Shown piece by piece: positions 12,268-26,246 of a stretch of DNA of 64,000 bases (the first letter of the stretch is position 1; every line of letters begins with the position of its first letter). The stretch is taken from the NCBI GenBank assembly GCA_013265495.1, contig MU058687.1, positions 4,090,093 through 4,154,092 on the forward strand. The letters are read 5' to 3'. The translations under genes and the position numbers were made by a program. The notes beneath the pieces were generated by a model. It had not been told where the DNA came from and made no database searches. It saw only the letters and a list, made by a program, of their open reading frames with translations. Source of the DNA: Vicugna vicugna. Taxonomy: Eukaryota.

Positions 12268-13999
12268 CCTGGCAAGGCTTAGGACTCAAAGCAGGGAAGG
12301 CCAGGCTAAGGAGACGAAGGTTCACAGTTGTCTGGGGGTATTTCAAAGGGAACGGAACACAAGGCAGCATATTCAAGAGAAGGCAGGCCTGCAGTCGAGC
12401 AGGAATGAGTGTCACACGGTGGCTGCGTGGGATCCCATAGCTCAGGAGTGCCCTGGGTTTACAGACCTGACCCCACACTCTCACCAGAAACAGGTGGCTG
12501 CTGGGCCTCCTGTCCCTGTCAGGCCTGACTCAGGAAAGAGGGGAGCCCAGGGCCCTGTGCGTCTCTGAGGTTACACTCCGTGGACTTGGCCTGACAGAGT
12601 CAGAGCCTCATTTGGATCTATTTGCTGATAAAAGGAGGTTGGTTTTCAGTTTATAGGCACTGACTGATATTTCTGCAAACAGTGAGGGACCTTTCGGAAG
12701 TCCTGGAGCCCTGGCTAATGTCCCTCATTCCTAAGAATGAGAGGCTCTCAGCCTCTGAAGGATAGGAAAGTCATGACTTCAGCTGTCTCTTCAAGTGATC
12801 CATCAGCACTCACAAGGAAAATAGAACCTTTCGTGCCTAGGGCATGCGTCCAGGTAATTCTGGTGGGGAACGACGTTTCTTGCCACTCTGTGAGTGTTTA
12901 TGTGGCTGGGGCAAAATAAGCTGTGGTTTTAGTGCTGATCCATTAGCAGTGTGTGGTGGGTGAAAGTTCTTTAATTGGTCCCCAGGGTAAAAACAGCCTG
13001 GTATTTATAAACTGTCAGAGGAAAGAGGGTTGGGGAGGCAGGTGACTTGTCAGCTTTACACCAATGACATTTATGTCTTCCAGGTCATGCTGAAATATTT
13101 CACTCAAATCAGGAAAAAAAGCAGTCTTTTTCTGTACCCTCCTAAATTCAGTGTTTTAGTTAGAAGCCTCCATAGAAAGCATCCCTCAATCTTCATAATT
13201 TCTCATCACAAAAGAGGAGCAAGGCTTTCTCTGTTAAAGGACAGTACACGCTGTTTTAGATGCAAGATGTATTCTGTGAATTACCGAGGCAAAGAAGGGA
13301 TGTGGAGGAGCAGTGTGTCCTCCACACAGCAAGTTCTCAGGGTAGTGTGGTGAACAGTTAGTGTGGCAGCCAAGCGGGTGATGCCAGGCTCAGAGGAAAG
13401 ACGTACTTGTTGAATAGAACACGCCAGACCAGATGCAGCTTTGAAGCTCCTTCTGGGCTCTTTCCGATGAACTGAGTTCAGGCATAGGTGAGAAGCAGAA
13501 TTGGGGGACCTTCTTTCCCTTGAACTTCAGCTTCTTGACCATTTGGTCTTCTAAGCACTGGAGGCAGGAGAGCTCTCCCAAATGAGAGTCATCCCAGGGT
13601 CATCTTACAACAACCAAAGCATGACAGATAAGAAATAAAGGAATGAGAGGAATCTAAGCCTCATATAAAAGAAAGACCAAGAGGTGGTTCTCCAGAGAGC
13701 CCATTCTGTAGGAAAGAGACCCAAAAGGAAAGCCATGTGCGGAGATCTCAGGGACTGTTTCCATTTATTAAAGCTTAATCTTTCTAAAAAGCTTTCTGTC
13801 CTTCTAGACTAGGTCACTGATGAGTTAATTTTGCCCTAAACCAATTTCAAAGCTTGAAGAAAGGGTGAGAAGAGAAGCTGTGCGCCATCCCTAGTGAAAT
13901 TATAGGAGAAAAGAAGTTTTGTTATTATGCCAGCTCAGATAAATGGGTAATGGTAGAGTTGAGAAGGAGTCTAGTTTCACAGGAAACAATTATCCTTGA

Positions 14000-14420
14000 G
14001 TTGCTATGTTGCTTTCTAGTTCGTGTTCTACAGTTTACTGTGTGTATGTCCTTAAGCAATATATACTATAATTTGAGTGTTTAAAATTTATATAAATGTT
14101 ATCTCACTGTACATATCTTTGTACAACTTACTTTTTTCTTCAACATAACATTTTGGAGAGTTATCTTAGAAGATTCATTTTAAGATGGAACATGGTAGAA
14201 GGCTATAATGAACACCCTTGTATATGTCTTTAATCACATCTGTGCCAGAGTTTATCTAGGACATATACCTAGAAGTGAAGTTGCCTTCGGGGTCATAAGC
14301 TGGGTGTGTCTTTAACTTTATCAGATATTGCCAAATTGCTCTCCAAAGCTGTGTACAAATTTGCATTCTCACCAGCAGTATGTAAATATGCCTGTTTCCT
14401 TGGTCCTTGACAATATGTGG
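14000..14420 (-). mobile_element. Ancient L1 (L1ME-like) 3' fragment
   Basis: Contains atatacctagaagtgaagttgc...gccaaattgctctccaaag...tctcaccagcagtatg. Confidence 0.65.
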
Positions 14421-17400
14421 CAATGTAAGTCGGATATTATAGTATAAGTCAACTCAATAGAGTTTAAGCCAGGTTTATCCTGTAAAATACATACGCACAA
14501 TCTTCTCTCCTTTTAAGTCCTTCATTCCTCCTCAGAATCTGCAGACCTACAGGGAGTATAAATTGCATAGTTTCTGCTTATTTCCTTCTTACTCTGCTAA
14601 GCCCCAATGAAACATCTCCCATTCAGGTGTTAGTTTGGAGCTTGTCTCTTTATCAAGAAGAAACTGACTGTCTTTCCACTTAAAAGTGAACAAATGGTAT
14701 AGTTCTTGTAGTCCTTACAGATTTTGTTACCCAACCCCAGTATCTCAGATGTACAGCTTTAGAAATGTCAGGATATATGCGAAGATCACAGTCCGAATAC
14801 CCACACTCAGAATATAAAGCAAAACACAAACAAATCCCCAAAGCAGATATGATTACTGAGCAACTGACAGTGAAGCACCAAAACTGTTATAAAAGGACGT
14901 TTTCATGAAAAATACTGTTTCCTAAATATATTCATTCCTTCCCCACTTTAGGCTTTCTCTTTCTAGTTGTTGATACATAGATAGGAAATCGCTGTGCTCT
15001 CCCTAGAGTTTAAAATGTGTGACTAGCATTTGAATCTCTTGGACCTATGGCTCCCAACAATTCCTCTCATGGAAAATCACAAAGTTATGTTTTGTAGTGG
15101 ATTATTTAGTTGACCTCTTCTACTATTACTATTAGTATTGACCTTTTCATGTGTAATTGTTTTTCTTAGATTTTCTACATCAGTTAAAGCAAAATATTTA
15201 TTTTAGTTGTTATATGACAAAGAAAAAAATAAAATGATCATATAACTGGAAGACTCTGATGTGCAAAAAAGAAAGTCTCTGCTCTTAATTAATTATTAAT
15301 TTCAACTTGAGAATTCATTTCAATGGCATACCAATGTATGGAAAACTGCTTAATGTTTCAGTATCAGTATGTTTAGATTTTTCTACCAAAAGTGGTGTCA
15401 ACTTTGATTCAATTCTTTGTGAATAGGAAGTGAAGTTTGATGCCACAATGGCCTTATAGACAACTGAAAGAAGTAGTTTGACAAGGATGGAAAGTTTGAA
15501 ATCATTGAATTATTGGGCTTGAATAAACTGAGCATTCCTTGATTAATTTATCAAGTAAACTATATATTAAGTGCTTCTGTGTGTCAGGTACTGTGCTAAG
15601 TGTTGAAGATAAAATGATTATCAGAGAGAAGATATCCCACACCTTGTTGTTGAGATCTGAGGTATAGTTTCCATCATCTTTTAGTTAATGTGGTTTTTAA
15701 GGACATGAGATTCCATAGCCAAATGGAAGGATCCCTATATCTCTTTGGGTTTAACATTTAACTTGAAAATTAACATTAAGATTGTCTGATCTGTGACCTA
15801 AGATTACTTATGTATGCATTCTTCTATTAGGTTCTAAATATTTTGACTGCAGTATGAATTTTTATTTTGAATGTGTTTTTTACTCAATGTTGAAAAAGAG
15901 GAAGATGGAGACAGAGAGCCAGAGACACACAGCAAGAAATCATAGTAAGAAGTGACCATTTTTAATATGCAAGTTCACAGAAAGAAGTTGAAGTCAAGGC
16001 TGAAAAATGTGATAAAGTATACGATTTTTGTAAGAGAAAATTAATTTATCTTAAAATAGTGTTAAAAAGCTGAAAAGGCATTTTCCCTTGGTGATATTCT
16101 CATTGTGTCTTTCTCCAGTTTAATTTAATTCATTTTAGCCCTTGTGTATTAAATAGCTATTATGTGTTAAGCACTGTGCTAGCTGCAGGGATACAGAATC
16201 AATATAAAATGGTCCCTTTCTTCAAGGGGCCCACAGACCAGTGAGAAATATTGGCAAGTGGGTTGAAGATAATTGTCATAATTATGATGAAGAATAAAAA
16301 AATGCCAGATCATAAAGATGTTTAAAGTATTATATGAGATTTCTGGATATGATGGATAAGCTTATATGAAAGTCACCCTGTCACTAGGAACGACTAGAAA
16401 AGTCAGAAAAGGCATAGAAATGATCAGCCTGAAGACATCAGGGGTCTCCTGAGGCAGAAAGGACTCAAAGGATCAAGATTTTGAAAAAAGAGAAGGAAAA
16501 CACAAAAAAGTGAGAGCAAAGGTCAGCATATATTTTCTCCTTAAGACGTTTCCTAGGAGGCCAAGCAGGAGTGGTATCAAAGAGGCTGAGAATATGCTGA
16601 GAATATGAGCGGAATCTTCAGTAGTCTTGTGGAACTGCAGAGACACAAGTTTGAGTCCAGATTTATCAAGAGGGAGGGACCTTGACAAACACTCCAGGTT
16701 TTCATTTGTGACCCTTAAAGAGGTAAACCCTAGGAATAAGAAGAGCTAACACAAATAGACCAATTCCCACGAAGACTGAAACAGCTTTGAATCAGTTCAG
16801 TTTCATAATAGATTAAGATGATCGACTGCTATTCTGAATGCCTTCTCAGAGAAAAAATATTTTTTTCCTGGGGGATATTAGATTTTCCAGAGCCTCAGGT
16901 GATTTTTTTTCATATATTTTTTAACACAGGGTCTAGCAGTTAAATATTGCCAAGTATACCAGGAGGTAAGACCAAGTACCAAAAAATTAGAGAAAAGGCT
17001 GACACTAGAACTGTATGTTAGAGTTATCAAAAACAAACTTTAAAATACTTGTAATAAATATCATCAAAAAATAGGTGGCAGGATACAGAATTTGACTGAG
17101 ATTTGGGATCTATATAAAAGTATCAAATGGAAGTCCTAGAATGGAAAATACAATATCTAAAATTAACAACTTATTAGATATTTAAGAACGTAAGACACAG
17201 TTGAAGAGAGGATTGTTATCTAGAAGACAGATCAGTAGGAAATATACAGAGTGGGGAGAAAAGATAGATGAAAACTTCAGAAAAGAGAAGAAAAGACATA
17301 TGGGGCTAGATCTTAGTGAAAAATATAGTATGCATTAAAATGAGGTCAGAGGGCTGGAGAGAAAGGATGGAGAGGAAATAGTAATTGGAAGACACGGTCA

Positions 17401-17904
17401 CTGAAATTTTTCCAGAATGGACAAAAGACATCAAGCCACTGACTAAGCATTGCTGGGAAGTGCAAGCAAGATAAATACAAAAGTACATCTTACCAAGACT
17501 GCTGAAAACAAAATACAGAAAGAAACTCTGAGAAGCAACCAGAGAAAAAGATGCAGTACTTTCATAGAGGCAATGATAAGATTTAAACTTGACCTCTCAA
17601 GAGAAAAGATGGAAGCTGGAAGACAGTGCATTAACATCTTTAAAATTCTGAAAGGAAATAATTGCTCCTTCTGCTAGAATTCTATAATCAGTGAAAATAT
17701 TCTTTAAAAAATGGAAAATGCTACGTTTGCAGACAAAAAGGGGGAGAATTCATTCTTGGCATATTTTCTCTAAAAGAAATACTAAAGGAAGTTCATCAGG
17801 CAGAAGGAAGACGTTCCCAGATGGAAGCAGGGAAGAGCAAGAGGGAATGAACAGTGATAGGAAGTATAAATATAAGTAATTCCTGATAGTGTATAAGTGA
17901 TCAC

Positions 17905-18045
17905 AAGGAGAGAGACTGGAAGGTGCTATGCTGTTAGCTTTGAAGATGGAAGAAGGGGCCAAGGAATGTGGTGGCCTCTTGAAGCTGAAAAAAATGAGGC
18001 GATGAATTATCTCTTAGAGCTTCCAGGAGGAACCAGCCCTGATGA
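17905..18045 (+). mobile_element. MLT1 LTR fragment within the L1
   Basis: Contains gctttgaagatggaagaaggggccaaggaatgtggtggcctc...tagagcttccaggaggaaccagccctg. Confidence 0.7.
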
Positions 18046-18949
18046 CAATGGAAAAATGGCAAAAATAGAAAAGTCAGGGTATGTGGAGGGTAAAAAGATT
18101 AAAAGAGGGTAAATGGAGTTAACAGATTCTAAGGACTTTGAATTGCCTCAGAAGTGGTAAAGACAGACTTTAGTAAAGAAAACTGTCAGAAGAAGAAATG
18201 GAAACTTTATCAAAGAAGTTGCATTTGTAAATAAAACTTCCTTTCAAAGAGAACTTCTGGCCATGTGGATTCACAGATGGACTCTTTCAAACATTTAAAG
18301 AAAACAGTAAGACGTTGACATTAAACTAGACAAATGGACCAGTAGAATAGAGGGTCCAGAAACTGGCCCACACAAATATGGACACTAGTTTATATTAAAG
18401 GTGATTCTGCAAAACAGAGGGGAAAGTATAATCTTTTCAAGATATGCTTCTTGATCAGTTGGATATCTTCACGGGAAAAAATGAAGATTGGCACTACCTC
18501 ACACCATGCACATAAACCAATTTCAAATGCATTATAGACGTAAATGTGAAAGGTGAAACAATAGAGCATCTAGAAGAAAATAGAGACCAATATCTTCACA
18601 GGAAAAATTCTCAAACAGGGCACAAAAAGTACTGACCATCAAAGAAAAGACTGAGAAACTGAAACTATATTATAATTAAGAACATGAGAGGACACATCAA
18701 CGAAGTAAGAAGTAAGTTCCAGAGTGGGAGAAGATATTTGCAAAACATGTAAGCTATAGCAACTTCTGGTCCAGAATATATAAACAATTTTGACAAATGA
18801 ATTAGAAAAAATAATCAGTATTATTTTTTTTATTGAATAGGAGACGCAAACAGTACTTCACAAATGAGTGTATCCAAATGGCCAGTGAACATATGAAAAG
18901 GTACTCAGCTACATTAGTCATGAGGTGACTGTGAATTAAAACACAATAT

Positions 18950-19111
18950 GGGGCGGGGGAGGATATAGCTCAGTGGTAAGAGTGCATGCTTAGCATGCAC
19001 AAGGTCCTGGGTTCAATCCCTGGTACTTGCACTAAAAATAATAAATAGATAAACCTAGTTACCTCCCCACCAAGAAAAATTTTTTAATTTTAAAAGATTA
19101 AAAATCAAATG
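18950..19111 (+). mobile_element. tRNA-derived SINE (camelid Vic-1-like) with TSD
   Basis: ggggaggatatagctcagtggtaagagtgcatgcttagcatgcacaaggtcctgggttcaatccc carries Pol III A and B boxes and is followed by an A-rich tail. TSD aaacacaat at 18939-18947 and 19112-19120. Confidence 0.9.
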
Positions 19112-22100
19112 AAACACAATTTAATATCACTACATACTCAGCAGCATGGCTCCATCAATAGGACTGAAAAACGTGTCAGAGAAAATGAGAAGTCATTGAA
19201 ACTCCAGCACACTAGGATTAGTATAAGAATTTTATGAAAATTGATGCAACTATTTTGGAAAATATTCTAACAGTGTCTCCTGAAGCTGATCATGTGCATA
19301 CCCTACAATCCAGCAAGTCCATTCCCAAGTGTACATCAACAGAATGCATACATATGTACATCATAGTGTGTATACAAAAATGTTAATAAACACACTATTT
19401 TAATAGTCCCAGACTAGAAGAAACCCATTTGACATGGACAGTAGTCTCAATGGACTGTATTATATTAAAAAAAAAGAATGTTGTACAACAGTAAAAATGA
19501 ATGAATTATTTATAATAACATAGATACATTTCACAAACATATTGGGTAAAATAAGCCAGGAAGATACAGATGAGTACATAGTATAAATGTTCTTTTACAT
19601 AAAGTTTACAGCAGGATAAAGTGTTCCATGACATTATGACTTATTTATCTTTGAAGAAGAATGAGATGAGTGGGGAGCAAGAGGGAGACTTCTGGGCTGC
19701 TGGTATTATTAGATTTCTTGATCTGGATGGTGAGTACACACAGACCATCACTCTGAATATTACTCAGGCTGTTGACTTTTGATTTGTGCACTTTTCTGAA
19801 TGATGTTTTAATTAAATTAAAAATATATATCAGCTGAGAGTAGGGAACAACATGTTTTGCATGAGAAGGCTTGAAGTAAATTTGAGAATTGGCTGTGATT
19901 TGGCCAAACAGAAGAGCTTAGGGAAAGAATGTTCCATTAAAGGAATAGTCTGAGTACACAGCCAAATACACAGAAGTCCGCAGATTCAGGTTATTTTCAG
20001 TTAGCAAGTGTTTGAGTGTATCTAGAACATGGAATATGTACCAGGAGAATGGTAGGAGATTAGGTAAAACTTATAGCTTGGATCCTGTTTGTAGAGTGTC
20101 ATAAATTGATTGCAGAACATAAAGAGATGACAGCTTCTTGAGCAGGAACTGTAACATGGAATTTTGGTTTGGGCTCCATTTGAAATAGCACCAGATAAAG
20201 GCTGGTTTTGTGGTGAATTTTGAGTTTGGAATTTAATTTGACTCCCCTTTTCCTGCAAACCCTTCCCTCCCCAGCTTGTACATGAATGCAGAGTCTTCCA
20301 TCTCATTTTAATTAGTCCCTTGATTTATAGCGACATGAGGTAGAGTGGCTTGGTTTTATCAATTTGCGTAAAGAACTCCTTTTTTGGTAATTGTTGCCTG
20401 TTGTTGTCTCTCTCCTTTGTAGGTGTCACTAAATGATTTCCCAGGTTTAACAGAGCCTACACTGAGGACCTCAGAGCCTGAGATGGCTGGTCCATCTCTT
20501 GAAGAACCAGCTTGTCCCCAGTCTGAGAAAATGCACCCTAACTGATACACTAGTATTTTAAGTGGGCTGTGGATTGGCAGGAAGAGACTATAAACACACA
20601 CTTCATTTAATTTCTCAGTTAATTACCCAGGGGTAAAAGTATTATCAGAGACATAGTGACCACATAGGGAAGGAACAGATGTAATGTTTCCTAAATCAGC
20701 TTCACTTGGCACCAGAGTCTTTCATGGCAGCAAGCAGCTATAAGAGACACTGTTCATTTGGGGCTGAGTCCTTCTAAGTCTTTCTGGAAAGCTCAGGTCT
20801 TATTATGATCCTGCCTTATGTGATTGGGACTTATGTCACGTTCTGAAAGAATTGACACTGATAATCTGTGCATGTCCATTTAAAGGGAAGTTTGCAAATC
20901 CTGGAATCTCTCAGCTCTTTACCCAGATGTAGCACAGCAAGGCCACATCGTCATCTGGAGGGGGAAGCGGCATCCATACACTGGATAAATAGCTTTGCTT
21001 CCGGCTTGATGGTCTTCTGGAAGGCCCCTTTCCCTACAGACACAAATACCGTAACAGGAAAAAAAATAGAAATAAGCAGGAATTAGAATTGTGTTTTTTT
21101 TTTTTCCCTGAATCTTGACAGCAAAATCCCCCGCAACCCCATGTTTTCATTTTTCAAAATCAGTGAGATACTTCAGGTTAGTGGTGTGTAAATTGTCCTG
21201 TGGAGACCTCGGATTCCTTGATGACAGCAGATGTGGAGACAGAAGTGTGATTTTTCTTTTATAGGACCGAAGTCATTTCCAGGTAATGCAATTTCAGTGA
21301 GGAATGGACTTGGCTTGTTTTATTAACTGCTTGAGCCTACGGGAAAGTGGCTAGGCCTCCCAAAGCAGCTGGCTGGTTTGCAGGAAATGTTTTTGGAAAA
21401 GTGGGTCTGCTGCTTAAGTTCCCAGTCCGTTCTCATCCCGTGTGTGTCCTATTGTCAGTGATGGAGATGAGAAGCCACTCGGGGGAAAAAACGTGCAGAC
21501 CAGGACATACTCTTTCTCTCAATCCATGATTGATACCCCTTTGCTGGTTCATTCCAGTACTGAGAATTGGAAGGGATTTGCCAGAACCGATTTGGAACTG
21601 GTTTCCCTGCTCCATGATTCTGCTTCAATTGCATATTTATTCACTTCTCTGTCCAGTTCTTCTCCAGAGCCATCGATGAATGTGAGTCTGTTTGTATCAC
21701 TAAGTGACAGCAGTGGGGATGGTTAGGGCAGGAGGGGAAGACGGGCAGGTGCTTTACTGAGGGAAACAGGCCAGGACCCAAAAGAGTGTGGCAGCTCCAC
21801 AGTAGTTGGGCTGTTTGAGTCTGAGCCTTAGTAAGGTGGACGCCAGTGCCCTTGTGGAATTACCTCAGCCACAGTCTGGTCCTCAGCCCTGCTGTCTCAG
21901 AGTTTCAGTTCTACCTAATAGCAATAATGATGATGATAATGTCAACATTAATCGATCACTTCCTGTAGGTTAAGCAGGGTCCTAAGTGCTTATGTTATGA
22001 ACTCATGAAGTCTTCACGCTGACTCTGAGGAGGTAAGATACTGCACTGTCATTGGAGAGGGAAAAAAAGAGGAAACCAAAGCACAAAGACAGTGTGCTCA

Positions 22101-23589
22101 AGGCCACACAGCTGGTTAAGAGTTGGAACTGGAATTAAAATCCACACAGTCCTGTAGAGACTGAAAAACGTGAATAATCAAGATCACTCCTCTCTTCCTA
22201 CCTGTAAAACTCAGCCCTGGATTAGCCTGTGGTCAACTTGAGGCCATCTGTGCACCATTTGAGTTATGGGATCAGAGCAAGAGGGCTAGCTGATTTTTAG
22301 AGAGATTTCATTTAGGCTATAGATGAGAACACTGAACAATCCTTATCCCAATAGAGTTACTGGGCTTCACAAAGAGGGGTAGACTAAGTGAAAGTAAGGG
22401 AACACAGATGTATAGGTACTGACAGCTGTTCGGGATTCAGATAGGCAGAGCAAGTCTCTGTAGTTTGCATTAGTGATGTGAGTCTGTGTGAAGGAAGGGG
22501 AGGGATCTTATGTGTGGTTAAGGTAGCAGGGGGACAATTTGTAGACAGTTCTGGATGCCAGAAAAATGAGTGCCCTTCAAGTGACAAGTTTACTTTCTGA
22601 GTGTCCTTTTAGAACTCTTTATTGATCAACAGACTATTTTCTTGTGATTGGCTTCATAATTTATGATAGACTAAAGTTTCCATACTTGCTATTTATTTAT
22701 GTTAGTGACATCTTGGAGTAATGATTCCCCGGTGAAATTTAGAAAGACACCTTAATCACACCAGCAGTGTTTATATAAGCACTTTCTAAGGATGGTTTAC
22801 CTGGAGAACTCCCAAAGGTGGATAATGCCACCCACTGAATAAAGAACAAGACTTGGGGGTCTTGTTCTCTTCCTAAACCTAGACCCTTAGGGTTGATAAT
22901 GGACTGTATCTTATGTAGGGACCTTTTTCACTGGCTGTGTTAACCGTACTGATCCTGGAGTTGGAAGACCTTGGAAAGATGCCAGATTCTAACAGTCGGT
23001 TTGTGGACGTTGGGATGTGTTATAAACAGGCTGTAACTGTGTGGAGTGATGGAGGCCTCTAGAGGGTGGCACGTAAGTTTCTGTGGCGATTACATTCTAA
23101 AATTGGCACATGAGTTAAAAAAAATGCTTATAGTCATCTTTACCCTTGACAAGACTTTTAAATCGCTCCCTGAAGTCCAGGATCCTTGGACGCTCCTAAA
23201 CCAAGAATTAGCATTGTTGATTTCTCCGTGCATTTCTGCCCAGGCAGCTCATTCCAGGAGACACGAAGGCCTGGACTACTTGGAATGAGGCAAAAATGTT
23301 AGTTGGTACATCGATAGCTCTCTCATTCCCTCTCATTCCCCTCTGAATATGTAATAAATAAATTGGCTGTATTATGCTTTGACTATTTCAGATTCATTGG
23401 TTCACTTTTTTGTAACTGATGTCTGAAGACGAAGGCAAAAAAGCAGTTGACATGCCTTTTTTATTGAAGCTCTAACCCTGTGGGCAGGGAAACAGAGAAG
23501 TAAACAGATGTTTATCATGCAGTTTGAGAAGTGCTTTAGGGAGGCACTGGCTCAGTGGGCCAGTGAAGCAGCGTAGGGGTCGGGAAAGG

Positions 23590-24310
23590 CTGTAAGGTGG
23601 GACACGCTGGTCCAAGCCACCATCTTTCCTCACTAGACTGCTGCAACAACGTTCTAAATGTTCGCTCTGCTTCCCTGTTTTCACCCCTGGTCTTTCTCCT
23701 TCCCCCAGTCTATCCTGGCTCCCTAGCTTCCAGAATTATCCTCTTAAAACATAAAAGGAACGTAAACACTCCTCTGTTTCAAACCCTTCAGTGGCTTTCC
23801 AGCTTGCTCAGAAGCAGAGCTCAAGTTCTTAGGAGGCTGGTAAGACCTGTAGGCTCTGGCCCTCGCTGCCTCTCTGCTCCCACCCCCAGTTTGTGCTTCA
23901 CTATCCCCTGATCCAGCCACACAGACCTCCTTGGCGTTCTTTGAAAATGTCATTTACTTAACTGCTCATTGCTTAGGTAATTGCTGTCTGTCTGCCTAGA
24001 GTTCTCTTTTCTGCAAATGTCTGCATAGCTTGTTCCCCAGTGTTTTAAAGTCTTTGCTGAAATGTCACAGTATTTCATAGGCTTTCCAGGGCTATCCTGT
24101 ATAAATAGTGACAAGCCTCCCCACCCCCAGCCTGGCATACCCGCTCCCCTTTAGTTTGCTTGTCATCATCTGACACACTGTAAATTCACTTCCTCCTTTG
24201 CCCCATCCAGTTAGATCTTAAGGTCCATGAGGGCAAGACTTTGTTTTGTCCACTTTGGGACCGTGCCTGTGCATATAGTTTTCACTCAGTAAATATTTGT
24301 TGAATGAATA
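23590..24310 (+). mobile_element. L2 3' fragment
   Basis: It ends cactcagtaaatatttgttgaatgaat. The internal ttcaaacccttcagtggcttt and ccagccacacagacctccttg are L2-like. Confidence 0.75.
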
Positions 24311-25569
24311 ATTTTTTTCTTCTCTTGCAATGCCTTCCACATATATTTGCCTAATAAGTGGATGGATAAATGAATGCTGAGTGTATTCTCTTGGTACCAG
24401 CAGAAGCTATTATTTCTCAATGGACTGTTTCTATAGAATGACTTTACAGTTCCGTATGGGGACCAGAGATTTAATCAGAACTTGTCAGGAACTCTTGGGT
24501 TCTACCAAGATAACATCTTAGTCACAATTGGAAATGGCTTTTATTCATTTGCAGTGATGGAAATCAGGGTTTGAGGTTGGGGAGAGGGAGTGAGAGAGGA
24601 CTGGGCTGACCAAAAGAGCCTTCCTCATGTTGGGAATTTGACTGGTAATACTTGTTTAGCTGTTAGATTGAAAATATGTGTGTACCTGTATGCACACATA
24701 TAATTTTCTTTGTGTTTATTGCATATTTAATATATGTAATTTTGTATATGTAAGCATAAATATATATGACCTAAAGAATCAAAATAAAAGATCTCAAGAG
24801 TAAAAGATTTGAACACTGTAAAGAACTCTGGAGGTTCAGCAGAACCCTTGATGCGTGGGGAACTAGGAATATGGGGAAGAAGTCCCCTAGTGTACTTCAG
24901 GCTCATTGGATGGTACTTTCTGCTGAGGCTGGACATGCAGCAGTGAGTGGCAGCAACAACACTGCCTGCCTTTCATAGAGCTTACATTTTGGTGGGTGGA
25001 AACAAAGAGTGAGAAAATAAATCTAAAGTACTGTATACGGTGATATAAATACTTTGACGAGAAGAAGCAAAATATAGCATGATGAGGGAGTAGAAGGTAA
25101 TGGAGTGCCATTTTAGACAGTTGAGTTGGTAGGGGGCTGATGTTTGCTTGATGAGAAGTCGAAGGATCAGTAAATGCAAAGACCTGGGAAGGAGGTGCTT
25201 GTTGAATTCAAAGGGTAAGAAAAGGAACAAACTGGTCGAGGACGAGCTATGTAGAACCTTTAAACCTTGGTAAGAAATTTGGATTTTATTCTGATTACAG
25301 TGAAAAGCCACTGGGAAATTTTTAGCAGGGAAGTTAGAAGGATCCGTCTGACTGGTTTATGGAGGGTGGACCGTGGTGTGCACTAGTAGAGGTACAAGGT
25401 AGGTAAGTGGCTGTTGCTACCATGCAGGCAAGAAGGTATAGCAGTGTGAATTCAAGTAGTAGCAATGGTAAGAATCGGATGGATGTGGGATGTGTGTTGG
25501 AGATGGAGTCAGTAGGGTTTATTGATTAATTGGGTGTTGGATGGGAGAGGTGAGTAACTGAGGATACCT

Positions 25570-25980
25570 TTATTAGTTAAGATAAACTAGGTTGTGTTGT
25601 GGCAACAGATTACTCCAAAATAATCAATAGCTTAAAACAAAAGAGGTTTGTTGCTCACTAACACTTCATATCCTTTGTGTCTTGGCTGGTGGCCTTGACA
25701 TTTTTATTATTGTTCTCACTCTGGACATGGGATGACAGGGTAACCACTAACTGGACCATTGTTAGTTGACACTGAAAGGGGAAAAGAGAAGTTTAGAAGA
25801 TTTCAAACTTGGAACAATGAAATGTTTGGCCTGAAATGACACACAGAACTTCTGCTCAAATGAAATTGGCCGAAAGTAATCACACAACCCCACCTACCAC
25901 AAGGTGGCCAAGAAATACAGTCCTATCTTGTGTCGAGGGGTAAAGGGTCAGGACTTAGACAGCATCACTTTTGACTCCAT
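25570..25980 (-). mobile_element. Old MLT1 (J/K/L-like) LTR
   Basis: Contains tattagttaagataaactaggttgtgttgtggcaaca...agcttaaaacaaaagaggttt...ttggccgaaagtaatcacac. Confidence 0.65.
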
Positions 25981-26199
25981 GATGTCTTCTAGGTTTGGAT
26001 AATTCTGTGTTTGGTTAATGACAATGTCTAAGTCAGGATGCTTGGGGGGAGTGGGCTTGGGGAAGGCAAAATCAGTATTTCTCTTTTAGCCATGTGTAAC
26101 TTAAAAGCCTGTTAAGTGAAGATGTCAAGAAGACAGCTGGAAATGTGAGTCTGACAATCAGAAGAAATCTATGGCTAGAGATATAAATTTGAGCATCAA

Positions 26200-26246
26200 C
26201 TATATATATATATTATATATAATATGTAAATATATATATATAATAT
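26200..26246. repeat. Imperfect (TA)n microsatellite
   Basis: Read directly from the sequence. Confidence 0.8.

Larger units (their letters stand above)
16330..19830 (+). mobile_element. Decayed, internally deleted ancient L1 (ORF1 remnant, ORF2 3' remnant, 3' UTR)
   Basis: ORF1-like IRFKLDLSREKMEAGRQCINIFKILKGNN at ~17570-17670. ORF2-like gggagaagatatttgcaaaacat and atccaaatggccagtgaacatatgaaaagg. 3' UTR gacttctgggctgctgg...cttgatctggatggtg. The 5' boundary is approximate. Confidence 0.75.

Noticed and set aside
18950..19030. tRNA gene
   Set aside because: It has A and B boxes, but it continues into a SINE tail, is flanked by a TSD, and has a second diverged copy at 10481-10622.
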